In this document: piece after piece, positions 23,484-36,829 of the stretch
How positions within the stretch are numbered: position 1 is the stretch's first letter
Layout of the letters: each line of letters opens with the position of its first letter
DNA from: Selaginella moellendorffii
Taxonomy: Eukaryota > Plantae > Lycopodiophyta
Length of the DNA stretch: 64,000 nt
Reading direction: 5' to 3'
Assembly: GCF_000143415.4 (NCBI RefSeq)
Contig: NW_003314266.1
Span: 318,503-382,502, forward strand
Made by a program: the position numbers and the translations under genes
Notes under the pieces: generated by a model
The model's input: the letters and a program-made list of their open reading frames with translations, nothing else
What the model was told of the DNA's origin: nothing
Databases searched by the model: none

Positions 23484-24690
23484 ACAATTTAGTTCCATTC
23501 CATATTTAGTAAATTTCAAGTTAGTCCTAGAGACTAACTCCTGGTATTAGGGGTGGCTAAGAATGAAAGTCCAAAGCATATATTCCTCCAAGAAGGGGGG
23601 GGGGGGAGGGGTTAGGGGGGAAGGCCAAGGAAGAATGGGGGAAGGTGGGTATGGCCGACCAACTTGAGGTATATTGTAACTTCTGCTTGTGTGCTTGTCT
23701 TTGTTCTGTGTCCGACTTAGGGCTAAGCCTAAGTTTTATACCATGTTAGTTGGTGGAATACCTATATTCTCATATTAGACCACTAGTATGCTGAAATAAC
23801 ACCAAACTTTATTTGGCTCCATTTTGCATACTAGTTCTGGCATTGGGATACTAGATGCTCTAGGACTGTTCTAAGTTGTTTCGTGCTCGTGACCTTTCAC
23901 TCCTTAGACTGTATACTTCAAAATTGCTCCATGATCCGGTTTTGTCACTCCTTGGCTCCACGCTTAGAAGTTTGGCTCTGTTCCTTCATTTAATGGCCCA
24001 AAACCCTAAAACTTAGGTTCCACTCTGCTGTCCTTTGAACATGTAGCATGTGGCACATGGAATATGACACATGGCATATAAAGGGTTTACGTTCTACTTT
24101 ATGGTTATCCTATGATAAATCACCATAGAATAAAGAGTGAAAACCATGTGTGCTACATTTAGCATCAAAGAATATATCTCAGCAAGTACTATCTAATGAG
24201 ACTGGGTAACTAGTCTTATTACATATGTAGAGATGAAAACAATGATCCGAATGGATACACGTTTGGGTGCTAAAATTTTGTATTTGTTCCTTAGGTATGG
24301 ATTTTGGTTACCTTTTATACTATATTATGTGAGCTTGCTCTTGGGCTCATAAGAAAGATTGAGTTGTTCTGTTTGCACAAGTTTGTGCTTGGGCTCGTAA
24401 GTGAGGCACATTAGCAATTCAAGGTTACACTTTGAGTTGACAGAATTAATGTTAGCCTATTGGTGATTCTGTGAATTGTTCTATGTACCATGGGAAAAAG
24501 TAAACCTCCGCTGGGTTTGCTATGAGTGGCGAATAGGCTAGTTCATAATTGTTTAGCATGGCACTAATGGATCCTTCTTAGGCATATTTATAAGTGGATC
24601 AATCAAGACTATAGGGATTAGTCTATTAGTTCAAATAGTCATTGCTATACTCTCTCATAAACTTTTCTTGGATTGAATTAAAGGCAATGC
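23483..24690 (+). mobile_element. 3' half of a family-B LTR (ends ...TGCTACA at 24157), degenerate PBS and internal non-coding region
   Basis: 23490-24157 matches 57185-57837. 24158-24680 is the reverse complement of ~52960-53485, where the PBS reads TTTGGTATCAAAG. Confidence 0.7.
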
Positions 24691-24700
24691 AAAAGTAAGC

Positions 24701-25405
24701 TTGAGGTTTGGTCAGGCGTTACCAGACTTTGGTAAGGACTTTGAGGTAGAAATGGATGTTTCAGACTTTGAGTTGAGCGCAATTTTGAAGCAAGATAACC
24801 ACCCAGTACCGTTCTTCTCGAAGAAGTTGGACAAGGCTCAACGGAAGTGGCCTGCCCATGAGAAGGAATTGTTTGCGGTGGTCAAAGCGCTCAAGGAGTG
24901 GCAACACTACCTTGGGAAACATTTCAAGGTTTACATGAACAATGTGGCAACGAAACACTTCTTGTCACAGCCCGATTTGAGAGGGAAACAAGGTTGGTGG
25001 GCCAATACTTTGGCCGAGTTTGATTGCGAGGTTTTGTACAAGCCTAGGAAGAGCAACATTGTGGTAGATGCACTAAGTCGAAAAGTGAGCTTGAAGTTGG
25101 TGATATCCAGCGCGACAGCAACCTTTTGGGATGATGTGCGGACTGCATACAAAAACGATGGTCTAGCACAAGAAGTGTTGCTGAGGAATCTAGAGGCACG
25201 GGAAGCTCACCAGAGAGGTAAGCTGCCAACTGAAGAGAAAACGGGCTATGCAAAACACAACAGACTCATTTATTACAAGCAAACGAGGGTGTATGTTCCA
25301 GAAGGGGAACTAAGGAAGGTAGCCTTAGAAGAGTGTCATGACAGACCTCTTGCGGGACACGACGGAGTGCCCAAGACGATGGGCTTACTCAAGAAGAAGT
25401 ACTAA
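24701..25405 (+). pseudogene. Ty3/gypsy pol fragment (RNase H + integrase zinc-binding start)
   Basis: FEVEMDVSDFELSAILKQDNHPVPFFSKKL, HEKELFAVVKALKEWQHYLG, YKPRKSNIVVDALSR, ECHDRPLAGHDGVPKT. Confidence 0.9.
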
Positions 25406-26458
25406 CTATAGTCTTTCTTCACATTCACTTTAGCTTAAACACTTTGATTGGAGATCCATAAATTTGAATCTCTATAAAGTTCGGTTTATGTTTTATCTTT
25501 CTACCCTTGCCAACACTAGAAAGATAAAACACCAAGCAACAACCATACTAGTATTGTTGCAGATCACAACCTCTAACAAAATAAAGCCAAGATGAAGATA
25601 AAAATGGCAACATAAAAAACTTTTAGAAACATGATTTTAAGAAAACAAAAGCGGTGGGTGATCTCAAAAATGTAGAAGAACTTTTTCATCCTTCTTTATA
25701 GGTTTTGGAGTTCTCTATCTCCCTTATGCTACTTGTAAAAATCTATAGTGAAACATAAATTGAGATTTAAGGAGATCAATAAGAAGAATAATAACAATGT
25801 ACAAATGAATTTAAATACTATAGCATATCTAATATGTGTAAGTGTGAGAGTATTATCATATGTTTTGTTGTCTATTGCATGCACACAAATCCAAGAAAAG
25901 GTTTTCAGCACGTGAAGTTTGATTGTTAGTGATGATAGTAATAACATTCTGCTTTAGCATGGAGATGCAAGATATCCGATCACATGTAAAATATCAATAG
26001 TTTGTCAAATCTTTAGTGTTAGGTGATGTTAATAATGATAATTCTTCAATGACATAGTTTTGATTCTCAATATGAGTTGAGTTTTAGCCATACATACAAA
26101 TACTGCTCAATGACATTTAGAGCATATGCCTATAATTTAGGTTCATACACAATACAAAACAAATTTATGGATATGGATTCATCCATTCATAGATTAAAAT
26201 AGTACAATATATTTAATATAATAATGCAACATACCAGATTTATACTCTTTAAAGTTCTGTCATGAATCCAAAATATGTATGAAATCTTGTTTAGAATGCA
26301 TCCTTTCTATATAAATGGGAAAACTAATATTAATTGTCAAATAACTTACATATTGAAAGGTGCTATATATACCATCATGTAAAAATTTTAAAAAAATATA
26401 CATACAATATAAATGTATCTTATGTTATTGATAAAATAATATAGGGTATAAGCCAAGT

Positions 26459-26857
26459 AGTTTCTGGTCTCAGGGGCTTGAGGTTATTCAAATAACCTCG
26501 GGCCCCCGGACCCGGAAACTGCCCTAGGTCGAGGTCGGGCTCACCACCTCAGGCAGTTTCTGGCCTCGAGGGCCTGAGGTTATTCAAATAACCTCGGGCC
26601 CCTGGACCCGGAAACTGCCCGAGGTCGAGGTCGGGCTTGCCACCTCGGGCAGTTTCTGGCCTCGAGGGCTCGAGGTTATTCAAATAACCTCGGGCCCCCG
26701 GACCCAAAAACTGCCCGAGGTCGAGGTCGGGCTCACCACCTCGGGCAGTTTCTGGCCTCGAGGGCCCGAGGTTATTCAAATAACCTCGGGCCCCCAGACC
26801 CGAAAACTGCTCGAGGTCGAGGTCGGGCTGGCCACCTCGGGCAGTTTCTGGCCTCGG
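26459..26857. repeat. GC-rich 96-bp tandem repeat (~4.2 units) with internal palindromes
   Basis: GTTTCTGG recurs at 26460, 26556, 26652, 26748 and 26844. The consensus unit contains GGGCCCGAGGTTATT-CA-AATAACCTCGGGCCC. Confidence 0.92.
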
Positions 26858-26863
26858 GTGAGC

Positions 26864-29286
26864 TCAATAGTGCCACTAACATCATATTGAATCTTGTGGT
26901 TGAGTAGATTTGCAATACATTCCTAGGTATTGATTTGAAACTCCATCAGCAATGCAAGTTTTGCTTGAGCTCTATTACTCACTAGATAGTATTGTGACTG
27001 ATTGCACAATAAGTAATGGTTATATGGTGGAGTTAGCATATAATTCTAGTAGATTGGTGTTTGCTATTAAAAACATCATTTATTTAAACACTGGCTTAGA
27101 GTTACCTCTAACCTCAAGGAGGTAATTTATATTTATTAAGATTTCATAACATATTTAGTTTTGTTTTATATATCACACTCACCTTGAGTTTTTAGAGTTG
27201 GAGGTTTTAGAAGTCTATTAAATTATGCAAAGGCTATGGCTTAGCAAATGAAGTGAGCACAATCCCAATATAGACGGAGGCATAGAAGGAAATGACATGT
27301 TGATGATGACATAGAAGAAAGTTAAATGAATCCTTACTTGAGAAGAAAATCCTATCATATATAATACATAATCATCAGTAATAATGTCAGTGTTAGTTAT
27401 CAATGTTAATATCATATTCCATAATTGCAAATTGGTATTCTCACATGCAACCATCAATTTGTAATGTTTGTGTGTTGTCATCTCATCCTTCAATATCTTA
27501 TCAACAATTATATGAAGTGATAACACTAATTATGTAGCAGTTGTGGCAATGCTCAAGAAAATTATAAAAGCCCTTAAAAATGTCCTGACCCAAGAAAAAA
27601 AAGGCATATTAGGCATCTTAGAATTAAACTCTCAATTTGTTCATTAATTCCCACTAAATCAAGAGTGAGATCTTCTATGGATTGGGTGTAATAGACTTCA
27701 ACTTGAGAAAACTCCCCATCATTGACTTTGTCAATAGCCTAAAAAACCCATATTCTACACTAGCTAATGCATTGTTTCCCATGGGGATGTTGTTCCTCAC
27801 CATGAAGAAATAGTGGGTATGTGTCTATAATTTATTCTTGAATTTATTGTACATCCACACTTTCTACACCCATTGTTAGGCAATTTAAGAAAATTTTGTA
27901 ACGAAGACATTTGTCTTGTCCAAAAAAAAAGTAACATATTAGACATTGAATATAATAGCATTTTGTGCTTTTAAGTAGTCTTGCCATACCAAGAGCAAGA
28001 TCTTGCAAAAACATATGGCACTGCTCTTGAAGCATTGAAGGTAATCACTCTTTAGTAACAATATTCAAAATTTTGTATATAGGAAGCTTTAGTTTGACTT
28101 TATAAAAACCTTTAATAGAAAGAAGATTGTAATATGGTTATGGTGATATGAGATGTTAGGGACTTATAGACGAGTAGTAATGACTTTCCTTTGAGCCATT
28201 TCTATATTAAACTTTTTAGGAGCGTAAGGATAATAAAAATACTATAATAACTAACTTTTTTGGCATTTATATATTAATTTTTAGTCTTGGGAATAAGGTT
28301 TATTTATTATGACACTAATAATACTCAGATTCTTGAAATGTCTATCTCAGAAATGAGATTTCAAAATCATAGTCTATTTATGAATAGAAGAGCTTCTAGA
28401 ATTCTAGATACACATGCTAGAATATTTATCATTTTAATGACCATCTATATATTTTTTTTTCTACACTTGAACTTTCTAGAAAAATACACAAGGAAATATA
28501 AATTATATTATAGTAGCAGAGTATGCAAGCATACGGGCCCACATGCATTCTCTTATGTGAGATTACCTTTCAATCTTGGAAATGTAGATAAACTTGATTC
28601 TTTGATGTGATATCACTTTTGAGTCTTTTAAAATATTTTGATTTCTATTATTATTGTTCACAAATGACTCTCAAAAAATGCTAGTGGGGATTCATCCCAA
28701 AAATATACCTTAGTTTTCTCATATAGGAGGATTGTGCTATAGGCAAGTAAGTAGTAGTAAGAGTTTTTTATATGAATTACTATATAATGGTCTTTACATT
28801 CTAATAAGGACTAGAAGTGTAATATGAAGATTGTGATAATGAAAGGAAATTAATATTCTCACATTGATTTGCCCTACAACTCTTACTTACAGGTATTTTA
28901 TTTTACTTAAGAACTCTAGAATTAATGAATTTTATGTAAATATATATTGCCTTACCATTATACACTATTAATGGCTACCCTTCAAAAAATTTATCTTGAT
29001 TCATATTATTGAATTGTAAGAAAATCAAAATATGATAGTTGTAAAGATAGTCTTTAGTAAGAAAATAGATAGGTTCTCATGAACTTAATATTTTCTAAAT
29101 AACTCAATCTAGTAGAAACTTTTGACCTAGGTATTCATATATTTTAATATTTTAAAGTTTGTCAGAACCTTAATTTTTTTAACATAGATTTTCTTTGTAA
29201 GAGTTATAGTTGACTACATTGACTTACATTGACTTGTGTTGAATTGAGCTCAACTCGTGAGCTCAACTCAACTTTGGACCATCCCC
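26864..29286. mobile_element. More decayed partial copy of 20944-23483 (MTase 3' end, Zn-finger/Ulp1-like remnants, right TIR)
   Basis: Colinear matches, e.g. GCAATGCAAGTYTTGCTTGAGCTCTATT at 21029 and 26949, CAATCTTGGAAATGTAGATAAA at 22660 and 28571, and a shared terminus. Confidence 0.8.
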
Positions 29287-29297
29287 GTGGTGTTTAG

Positions 29298-32200
29298 TGT
29301 CACGAGAGCAATAGATAAGGCTCAAGGGACTAAGTCCTTAGCAAATGATGGATAGGAGATGCCATCCAAACTTCCAAAGTTGTGGAGACGGGAGGAATCT
29401 GTTTACCTGATTTGAACAAAGCCAAAGATAAGATTTTGGCAAGTTTAATGATGGGCATATCGAGGGCCATAAGTAGCAACAGTAATCCCGATGTGTGGGA
29501 TTATAAGTTGAGCATGCCCAAATTGAGGAACCACTCCCTAAGCTATCGGGTAGGTTCATTTTTATGAATACTTGTTAAGGCATGGTAAAATGTGCAAAGC
29601 TATCCTTCTAGTCTGGAGGAGAATAACTAAAGGAAACATATGGGGCCAAAAGGCAAGTAGTATTGGGATGGAATTGAACCATAGAAATCGAAGGGCATAA
29701 CTAACGATGGTTATGCAAGTTGGGAATGGAAAATCAAGAGGGTGCTCGAGGATGTTGTTATTAGCAACTACGGTGCCATGGAAAGTCTAAAATGTGGAAT
29801 TATTCATGTTGGACCATATGGTGAGTAGGGAGCTTGCAAAGGAGAAGCCTTAGCAAGCTAAGGAATAGAGTTCCTAGAGTTTCCCAAAGACAATTCTAGG
29901 TAGATAAGTACTTAAAAAGCCAAGTGTAAATGGTTCCTAGAGCGCGCAAAATCAAAGTGGCGCAGTAGAAGCGTGGTCTTGAAGCTGGCTATGAGGCGAG
30001 GCTATCAAGGTTGGGGAAGTAGTTCCCGAGTGTTCAAAGAGAGGGCTTTGAACAAAAGTCGATGGTTAAGGACTTTCACGTTTATGCATAAACTATATTA
30101 CGGTGGCCAGATGACTTGCTAAGTGAGATTGGCGAGTCAGGGGAACAAATCCCCTAGTTGAAGGTGCTAACTTCAAAAGGGATAGCCCATGGGGCCGAGC
30201 ATGGAGGAGTCCATGCATGATCATAGACTTGTCAAGCGAGAGGACTTGGCAGTGTAGAGGAACTAGGTTCCTAAGCTGTGATCTATAGCGCGCTTTAAGT
30301 ATAAGTTGGTGCACCGGCGTGGGGAGTCACGCCAGGCATCTTGTGTGATGCCATCCGTAAATGCATATACGGAGGTTGGGTTCGAGTCCCAAATCACTAG
30401 GGCGTGGTGATGGTTTAGAATATAAGGACACTCATTTTTCGGTGGTCATAGACTCTCAATGAGGAAACTGGTTTGGGCACACAGCCAAGCGAGGGATGCC
30501 TTGGAGTCGTGATGCACGGTTAGATTGTTTAGTGTGGCTCGGCATATCTAACTTGAACATTTGGTGCAAGTGGCACCAAGGACATGGTGAATGAGATGGG
30601 GACACCCAATCTCAGTTGCTATGGACCCTTAGCTAAAAGGGCTGGCTTGGGTGCACCGCCAAATGTGGGGGATGCCCCCGGGGTCATGGTTAACAACTTA
30701 AAAGTCTAGAAAACCTAATACCTATTGGTAAACCTATTAAGGTGCCAAAATGTGATCACTAGGTGATCTTATGGCTAAAAACAAGGACAAAGTCTTTGTG
30801 AGGTTAAAGGATAAAGTTCTTAGTTCAAAGTGTTGGTTTAAACTATTGATGATGGTGTGGCTTGGTCAAGGTGACCAAGTGGGAAGAACACCTAAGGGAA
30901 ATGATTTATGACTATGCGATGGTATAGTGAGTTTGAAGAAAGTAGTCTCTATAAAAGACCCATGGGAGGGTCACAAAGTTGGGCCAAGGATAGAAACCAT
31001 AGTAGAAAATCCTAAAGAGACATACTAGGGGTGAACACCCTTTGGACTTGGCAAAGCAAAATCTTTGCTATAGAACCGAAGGGATACCTAGGTAGTGATC
31101 CGATGTTACTAGGTGTAGCAATCAAAGATAAGAGCAAAAGACTAGTGGCTAAGAAAAGAGCCATGGGAATCATAGGAAAGAATCCAAAAAGCAAAGTTAG
31201 GCCAGGAACACTAATGTGTTGGGTGCTAACGAATTGTGGGAAAGACAATGTGTTTCTAAGGATGGATTCCTAATTGCTCCAATTTGGCAAAAGTGGAAGC
31301 TCCAAGGGAGGGAGTAGTAAGGTAGCCAAATAATAGGGCCATGGACAACCCTAGCACAAAGTATGATAACTAGAACTTAGTGCCCAAAATGGCACAAAAT
31401 AGAAGAGAAGATGATGGTGCCCTCAAGTAGAGAACTTCCTAGGATGGGGAAGTGGAGTTGCACAATATATGCAAAGTAAGGTGTTAGAGACATCTAGGAA
31501 ATTGACTTCAAGAAGTCAAAAAGTAAAATTTCCAAAGTGCAAACGTTCAATCGGTGGAAACTGAGACTACTCGAGAAGGAGTAGTGAGATTGAGATAGAG
31601 GACGTGCCTCTAACGGGTTTAACGAGGACTAAATCAATAAACGGAGAAAACCACCACAAGTGGTCGAATAAGTCTCTAAGTTGGAGAAACTATACTCCTT
31701 AGAGGATGGACAAGGCATGGTGAGCCTTCAATGTCAAACCATAAACAAATTTTGGCTAGGTGCCAAGGATGGAAATGGTAATACATGCAAGTGTTACTTT
31801 ATAAAAGGGGGTTTACTGTTCGATGAGGACATCGAACTTTGTTTATGGGTGATGGAGTTGTGAGACACAAAATCCCTAGGCCCCAAAGTGAAGCCAGAAG
31901 GGTGCCACGTGGTACTGGCCGAAGCGAAAGCCAAACGAGCATAACGCGTTTGGACTAAAAGCTCCAACTGGAAAGGTCAAGAGCAAGAGTGGAACTCCCA
32001 ACAAAGTGCTCGAGGAATGAGCACGAAGCGAGCAATAAGCGAGGCTCTAAAAAGGGACCCAAAAGGACCAACATATGATACGTGGAAGTGTCCGAGATGG
32101 ACCCGAGATGGAGTCCGAGATGGAGTCTGAGATGGACCGAGATGGAGTCCGAGATGGACCGAGACTGAGTTCTAGATGGAGTCCGAGATGGACCCGAGAT

Positions 32201-33388
32201 GGAGTCTGAGGTCGAGACCGAGACCAGGACAAAGACCGAGACCGGGACCGAGACCGGGACTGAGATCGAGACCGAGACCGAGATCGGGATCGAGACCAAG
32301 ACCGAGGCCGAGGCCAAGACCAAGCCTGAGCCCGAGTCCGAGTCCGAGTCCAAGTCTGAATCTGAGTCCGAGTCCGAGTCCGAGTTCGAGTCTGAGAGGG
32401 TGAAAGCCCAAAGCATTCCTCCCAGACCCTGGGGGGTTTGGTGAGCTCCAAAAGTATAGTAAGGGGGAGGACTGCAGTGGAGCCAGTTTGGCCAAGAAAG
32501 GCCAGTTTGGCCCTGGAAGGCTGTACCTAGTGTTGGGTGATGAGCTGCCCACTGGGAAGTCCAAGACTAGAGTGAACACGGACTGACAAGCGGGGTAGCT
32601 TGGTGAAGTGTTCAAGAGCTGGCTCTAGTTCCTCCGGGAGATCGACTGGCCGATGCTCCCAGTCTAAGTGTGGGTGGCACTACCTACTTGGATACCGGGT
32701 GTGGCTCAACGGAACCTCGCTCTAAGCCCACGGCTAGAGCACCCAAAGGCGGAAGGCGGGGAGAGTACCCACGAGGCTTGCATAAGGCCACGGTGTTCCA
32801 AAATGTTGCCCCAAGGTCCCAGACTGTGAAAAGGAAAAGGAGCCATCTTATAGTGTAGAGACCAAGGATACGGTCATATGAGGAGGAAGTCCCAAAGGAC
32901 CGTGGGACTTAGTGGTTGGGCCTGTGGGACTTGGTCTAGTGGCAGTATTGGCGAACACGGCCATGGGCAAAAAGGGATTTGGTGAGGACCGGAAAGGGGA
33001 TATTGGGGAAGGCTATTCCCCATGTCTATGGGCATCCTAAAAATGCTAAGGAGTGGATCTGGGATGATCACTCATGGATGGATGGCCCAGTCTTTGAGAG
33101 ACGGGACTGGTATGTAGGTGGTGTCAGACCACCGATGTGACCAAGGTGAATGGGCATAGCCTTAGCGTAACGGGCCAATATGTCGGTGGTACCTTGGGGT
33201 GTCGGTCATGGGATCGGACACGTGGAGCACTTGGACTAAGTGCAAAGGTTAAGTGGCATGGATGCCATTCTTGAGGCTAGCAAGCCCAAGTCCAAAATAG
33301 GACATATGGAGGTTGTGAGTGAGACTCCTTCAAGTGGTCAGAGGTGTGGTTAAGTGACTAAGTAGAATAGAAAAATTAGTTGCTTACA
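29298..33388 (+). mobile_element. Longest (~4.1 kb) family-A LTR copy, TGTCAC...CTTACA, minisatellite at 32091-32395
   Basis: TG...CA ends; contains the sequence of both 12358-15010 and 15011-18101. No matching TSD seen. Confidence 0.65.
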
Positions 33389-33399
33389 GTGTGACTCAT

Positions 33400-33870
33400 T
33401 GCTTGTGTTCACATCATGCAATTAAGAGTCCCCACCTTAATGCATGTTGAAAATAATGGTCTTACAAATGTTGAGTTATGGGATAGATAGCGGTGAAGCG
33501 CTAAACCATTTTGTTTAAGTTTGCTATTGGAAATTAAGGTTATAATGCTCAATTCTTTCTGAGGAACCTCACTATTGCTCCTTGAGTAACTTGGTGTTGG
33601 ATTAGTTTTGAGTTTTGTCAAATAAAGAGTGGCATGAGCTTGTCTATATTGTAAACAAAAGTTAATGGCGTTGGGTGTTATAAATCTCTATCAGTGGGGT
33701 GTGGTATTTATATTATATTTTATTGAATTGAGTTGACATTTGATACTCACATAAACTTTTGAAGTAATGACATAGGTATTGCCCATGGTGTTGCTCAATT
33801 GATGATCAAGTCATTGTGATTTTATATCATATCCATATGATAATAAGTAATGTCTTTACAAAGTTGTTTG
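33400..33870. repeat. Unclassified dispersed repeat, inverted copy at ~59150-59490
   Basis: 33821 TTTATATCATATCCATATGATAAT is the approximate reverse complement of 59172 ATTATCACATGGATATGATATAA, and the similarity continues on both sides. Confidence 0.6.
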
Positions 33871-34199
33871 GTTACAATGATTAACCCCAAAATAATTGAT
33901 GGTGAAATTAGTTTATTTACATGTAATAGCATTATAATAGCTTTGACTAAATTCTTAATGGTGATCTATTATGCTAAACTTAAGTTGGTACCTTGTTTCT
34001 TTAAGGGTTTGCCCATTGAGGAGTTAGAAAAGAGTTATAGTGTTTATTTGCTAAAGCTTGTCAATTGATCTATTAGCACTTGGAGTAAATTGTTGGATGG
34101 AGAGGATATGTAGTTAAGGCATTAACTTTGCTAACATTTATGCTAGTGGAGATAAAATTATTATATTGAGTGATGAGGAAATTTCTTTAAATCCTGGTT

Positions 34200-34995
34200 T
34201 TCCATGTCATTTTGAAACATTGTGGCCTTACACAAGCCTTGTGGGTACTCTCTCCACCTTCTGCTCTTAGGTGCCCTAGCCATATAGCTAGAGTAAGGTT
34301 TTAATAAACCACACCAAGTATCCAAGTAAGTGGTTCCACCCACACTTGGATTGGGAGCATTAGCCATTCAATCTCCCAAGGGAGCTAGAGCCAACTCTTA
34401 AATACTTCACCAAGTTACTTCACTTGTTTGTTTATATTCATTCTAGTTTTGGACTTCTTAATGGTTATATTATCATCTACTATGTAGGTATAACCTTCCT
34501 TGGTCACATTAGCCTTTCTTGGCCAAATTGGCTCTATTGGAGTCTTCCCTTTACTATACTTTTGGAGCTCACCAAACCCCCTATTGTCTGGGAGATGAAT
34601 GTTTTGGGCTTTCGCCCTCGGACTCAGACTCGGACATGGACTCGGACTCGGACTCGGACTCGGAATCAGACTCGGACTTGGAATCAAACTCAGAATCAAA
34701 CTCAGACTCGGACTCAGACACAGTCTTAGGCTCGGTCTTGGTCGCACTCTTGGTTTCAATCTTGGTCTCAGTCTTAGTCTCGGTCTCGATCTCGGACTAG
34801 ATCTCGAACTAGATCTCGGACTCGACCTTAGACTCTATCTTAGGTCCATCTTAGACTCCATCTCAACTCTATCTCAGACTCCATCTCGAGTCCATCTCAG
34901 ATCCATATCAGACTCCATCTCAGACTCCATCTTGGGTCCATCTTAGGTCTATCTCGGACTCCACCTCGGACTCCTTCTCAGGTCCCATCTCAGAC
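34200..34995 (-). mobile_element. Inverted, decayed family-A LTR fragment with minisatellite
   Basis: Reverse complement of ~32090-32810, including TTTGGAGCTCACCAAACCCCC and GACTCG/TCCATCTC arrays. Confidence 0.75.
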
Positions 34996-35059
34996 TTGTT
35001 CCTAACACTTTAATGTGTTACAACACTTTCCATGTGTCAATCTTTCTTGTATCCCATTT

Positions 35060-36760
35060 TTAGTATTTAGCCTTTCCCAACATATCAAATATGTCCTTAA
35101 TCTTTGGTAAAAGGTATTTGTTCTTCTTTGTATACTTGTTGAGCAACGAATAGTCTATCCACATGTGTATAGAGGCATTTTTCTTTTTCACAAATAACAC
35201 CGACACCCCATACAACGACTTGCTCAACCTAACATACCTTTTATCCACCAACTTCTTAAGTTGGCACTTGAGCTCCTTAAGTTCCTTTTCATTCAACTGA
35301 TAGGGGGGACAAACCACTACCTTATCACCCTCGATTAACTCAATTTTATGTTCTATTAGTCATGTGGAGGATAACTCTGTCGGTAACTCCTCCGGCATAG
35401 TATCACGAAATTAGTTTAATACCTATTGTATCATTAAAGGTATATCATCTATTCCTATTTTCTTGTCACTCCCCATTAAGAGTAAGCACACAAAAATACT
35501 ACCTTGGTTCCTTTAGTGAATTGTCCTTTCATGAACATTAGGTTCAAGCAGGAGTCTTTAGCTTTACATTACCCTACCTTTAGACCTTGGATTGTTCTCC
35601 TCAGGCATTCGCTAGTGCCATAAGGTTTTTACCTTATCCATGCAAGGCTACCACAAATTAATTGAACTAATCCATCTTGAAGATCACATCAAATCTCACC
35701 ATATCTAACATAGTAAAATCCATATCCACTTTCCATGTCTCTATTTTGACTCTTGCTTGTTGAAGTACTTCATTGGTGCTTAGCTACCTTAAATAAACTT
35801 TATAGTCTTTGGTTCACCCAGCCACTACACCATTAGTCTGGCTTGCTAGATTATGTTTGCAGCCATAAAATTATCTAAAGCACCCATATTAATAAGAAAC
35901 TTAACAAAGTTACCTTTGAGCTTCCCTTGGAGGGCTAGTAGATGTCGCAAATGACTCTCTACCAAAATTGCTTGTGTAATGAGTAATTTTGAGTTAAGGA
36001 TTGAATTATATATCTCAATTTGGACTTCACCCAACTTGATGGCTATATTGACTCTGGACTTTTTCGGGTAAAGACATTCTCTCAAAAAGTGTCTTGCTTC
36101 ACCACAATTGAAATGTATATTCTTTCCCATGTTGCTAGCAAATTTTATTTTCTTATCAATGGGTTTATCCCTTTTTACTTGACTTCCCCACGTACTTGCT
36201 CTTTAGCCACTGGATCTACCTTCCCAAAATCTAGAGAAACTTATTTTGAATTTCCTTTTGCCATATACCCCCTTTAGTTTGGCTCCTTTGCTCAATGTAA
36301 ACCCCAAATATATTGTGTTCCCTTTTTGCATGTTATCATTGAAATACACTTTAATAGCTACATCTAATGCTTCCTTATAGTTAGTTAAATTTCAATGCAT
36401 CACCTCACCTCAAGCCCAAGCCTATAAACCTGAAGGCATGGAACACATCCATGTCACCCATATCTGTGACAAGTATCCTTTTGGCTATAAACCCATTCAA
36501 GAGTAGTATTTGGAAGAACATAAGTTGTATTGTTCCTTGCCTTCATCATTCCAAGTGACCATTAGTCCTTCATTGGCCTTTGTTATTCTCCACAAAGACT
36601 TAGCATTATTTACTAAATATAGTTTTGCATATGGGACCTTTTCCAAGCTTGATAACTGCAATGCTTCTATATTGTAAAACTAATCCTCCACCATCTTAGA
36701 GTTTTTCACTCCCTTGAAGACTGGTGGGGGCTTTGGTTTGTACTTGGGAACTGCTTAAGA
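35060..36760 (-). pseudogene. Ty3/gypsy gag-protease-RT remnant
   Basis: FNCGEARHFLREC (zinc knuckle), VKFLINMGALDNF (aspartic protease), PPYQL...VSVLFVKKKNASIHMWIDYSLLNKYT...LPKIKDIFDML (RT). The gag part is homologous to 38390-38990. Confidence 0.85.
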
Positions 36761-36829
36761 AACTGATTCTACTTTAGTTTATTCGACCTTGTTCGGTTTT
36801 GACTCAATCCCTACCAAAGGGTCTATGTT

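Noticed and set aside
25450-26450. Possible further decayed Zn-finger paralog (e.g. MEMQDIRSHVKYQ near 25960)
   Set aside because: Similarity is too short and the region too AT-rich and decayed to support by eye.
26459-26857. 96-bp array as CRISPR, or as a 32-aa repeat protein (ORF 26549-26779)
   Set aside because: No unique spacers; the ORF is a by-product of the 96-bp period.
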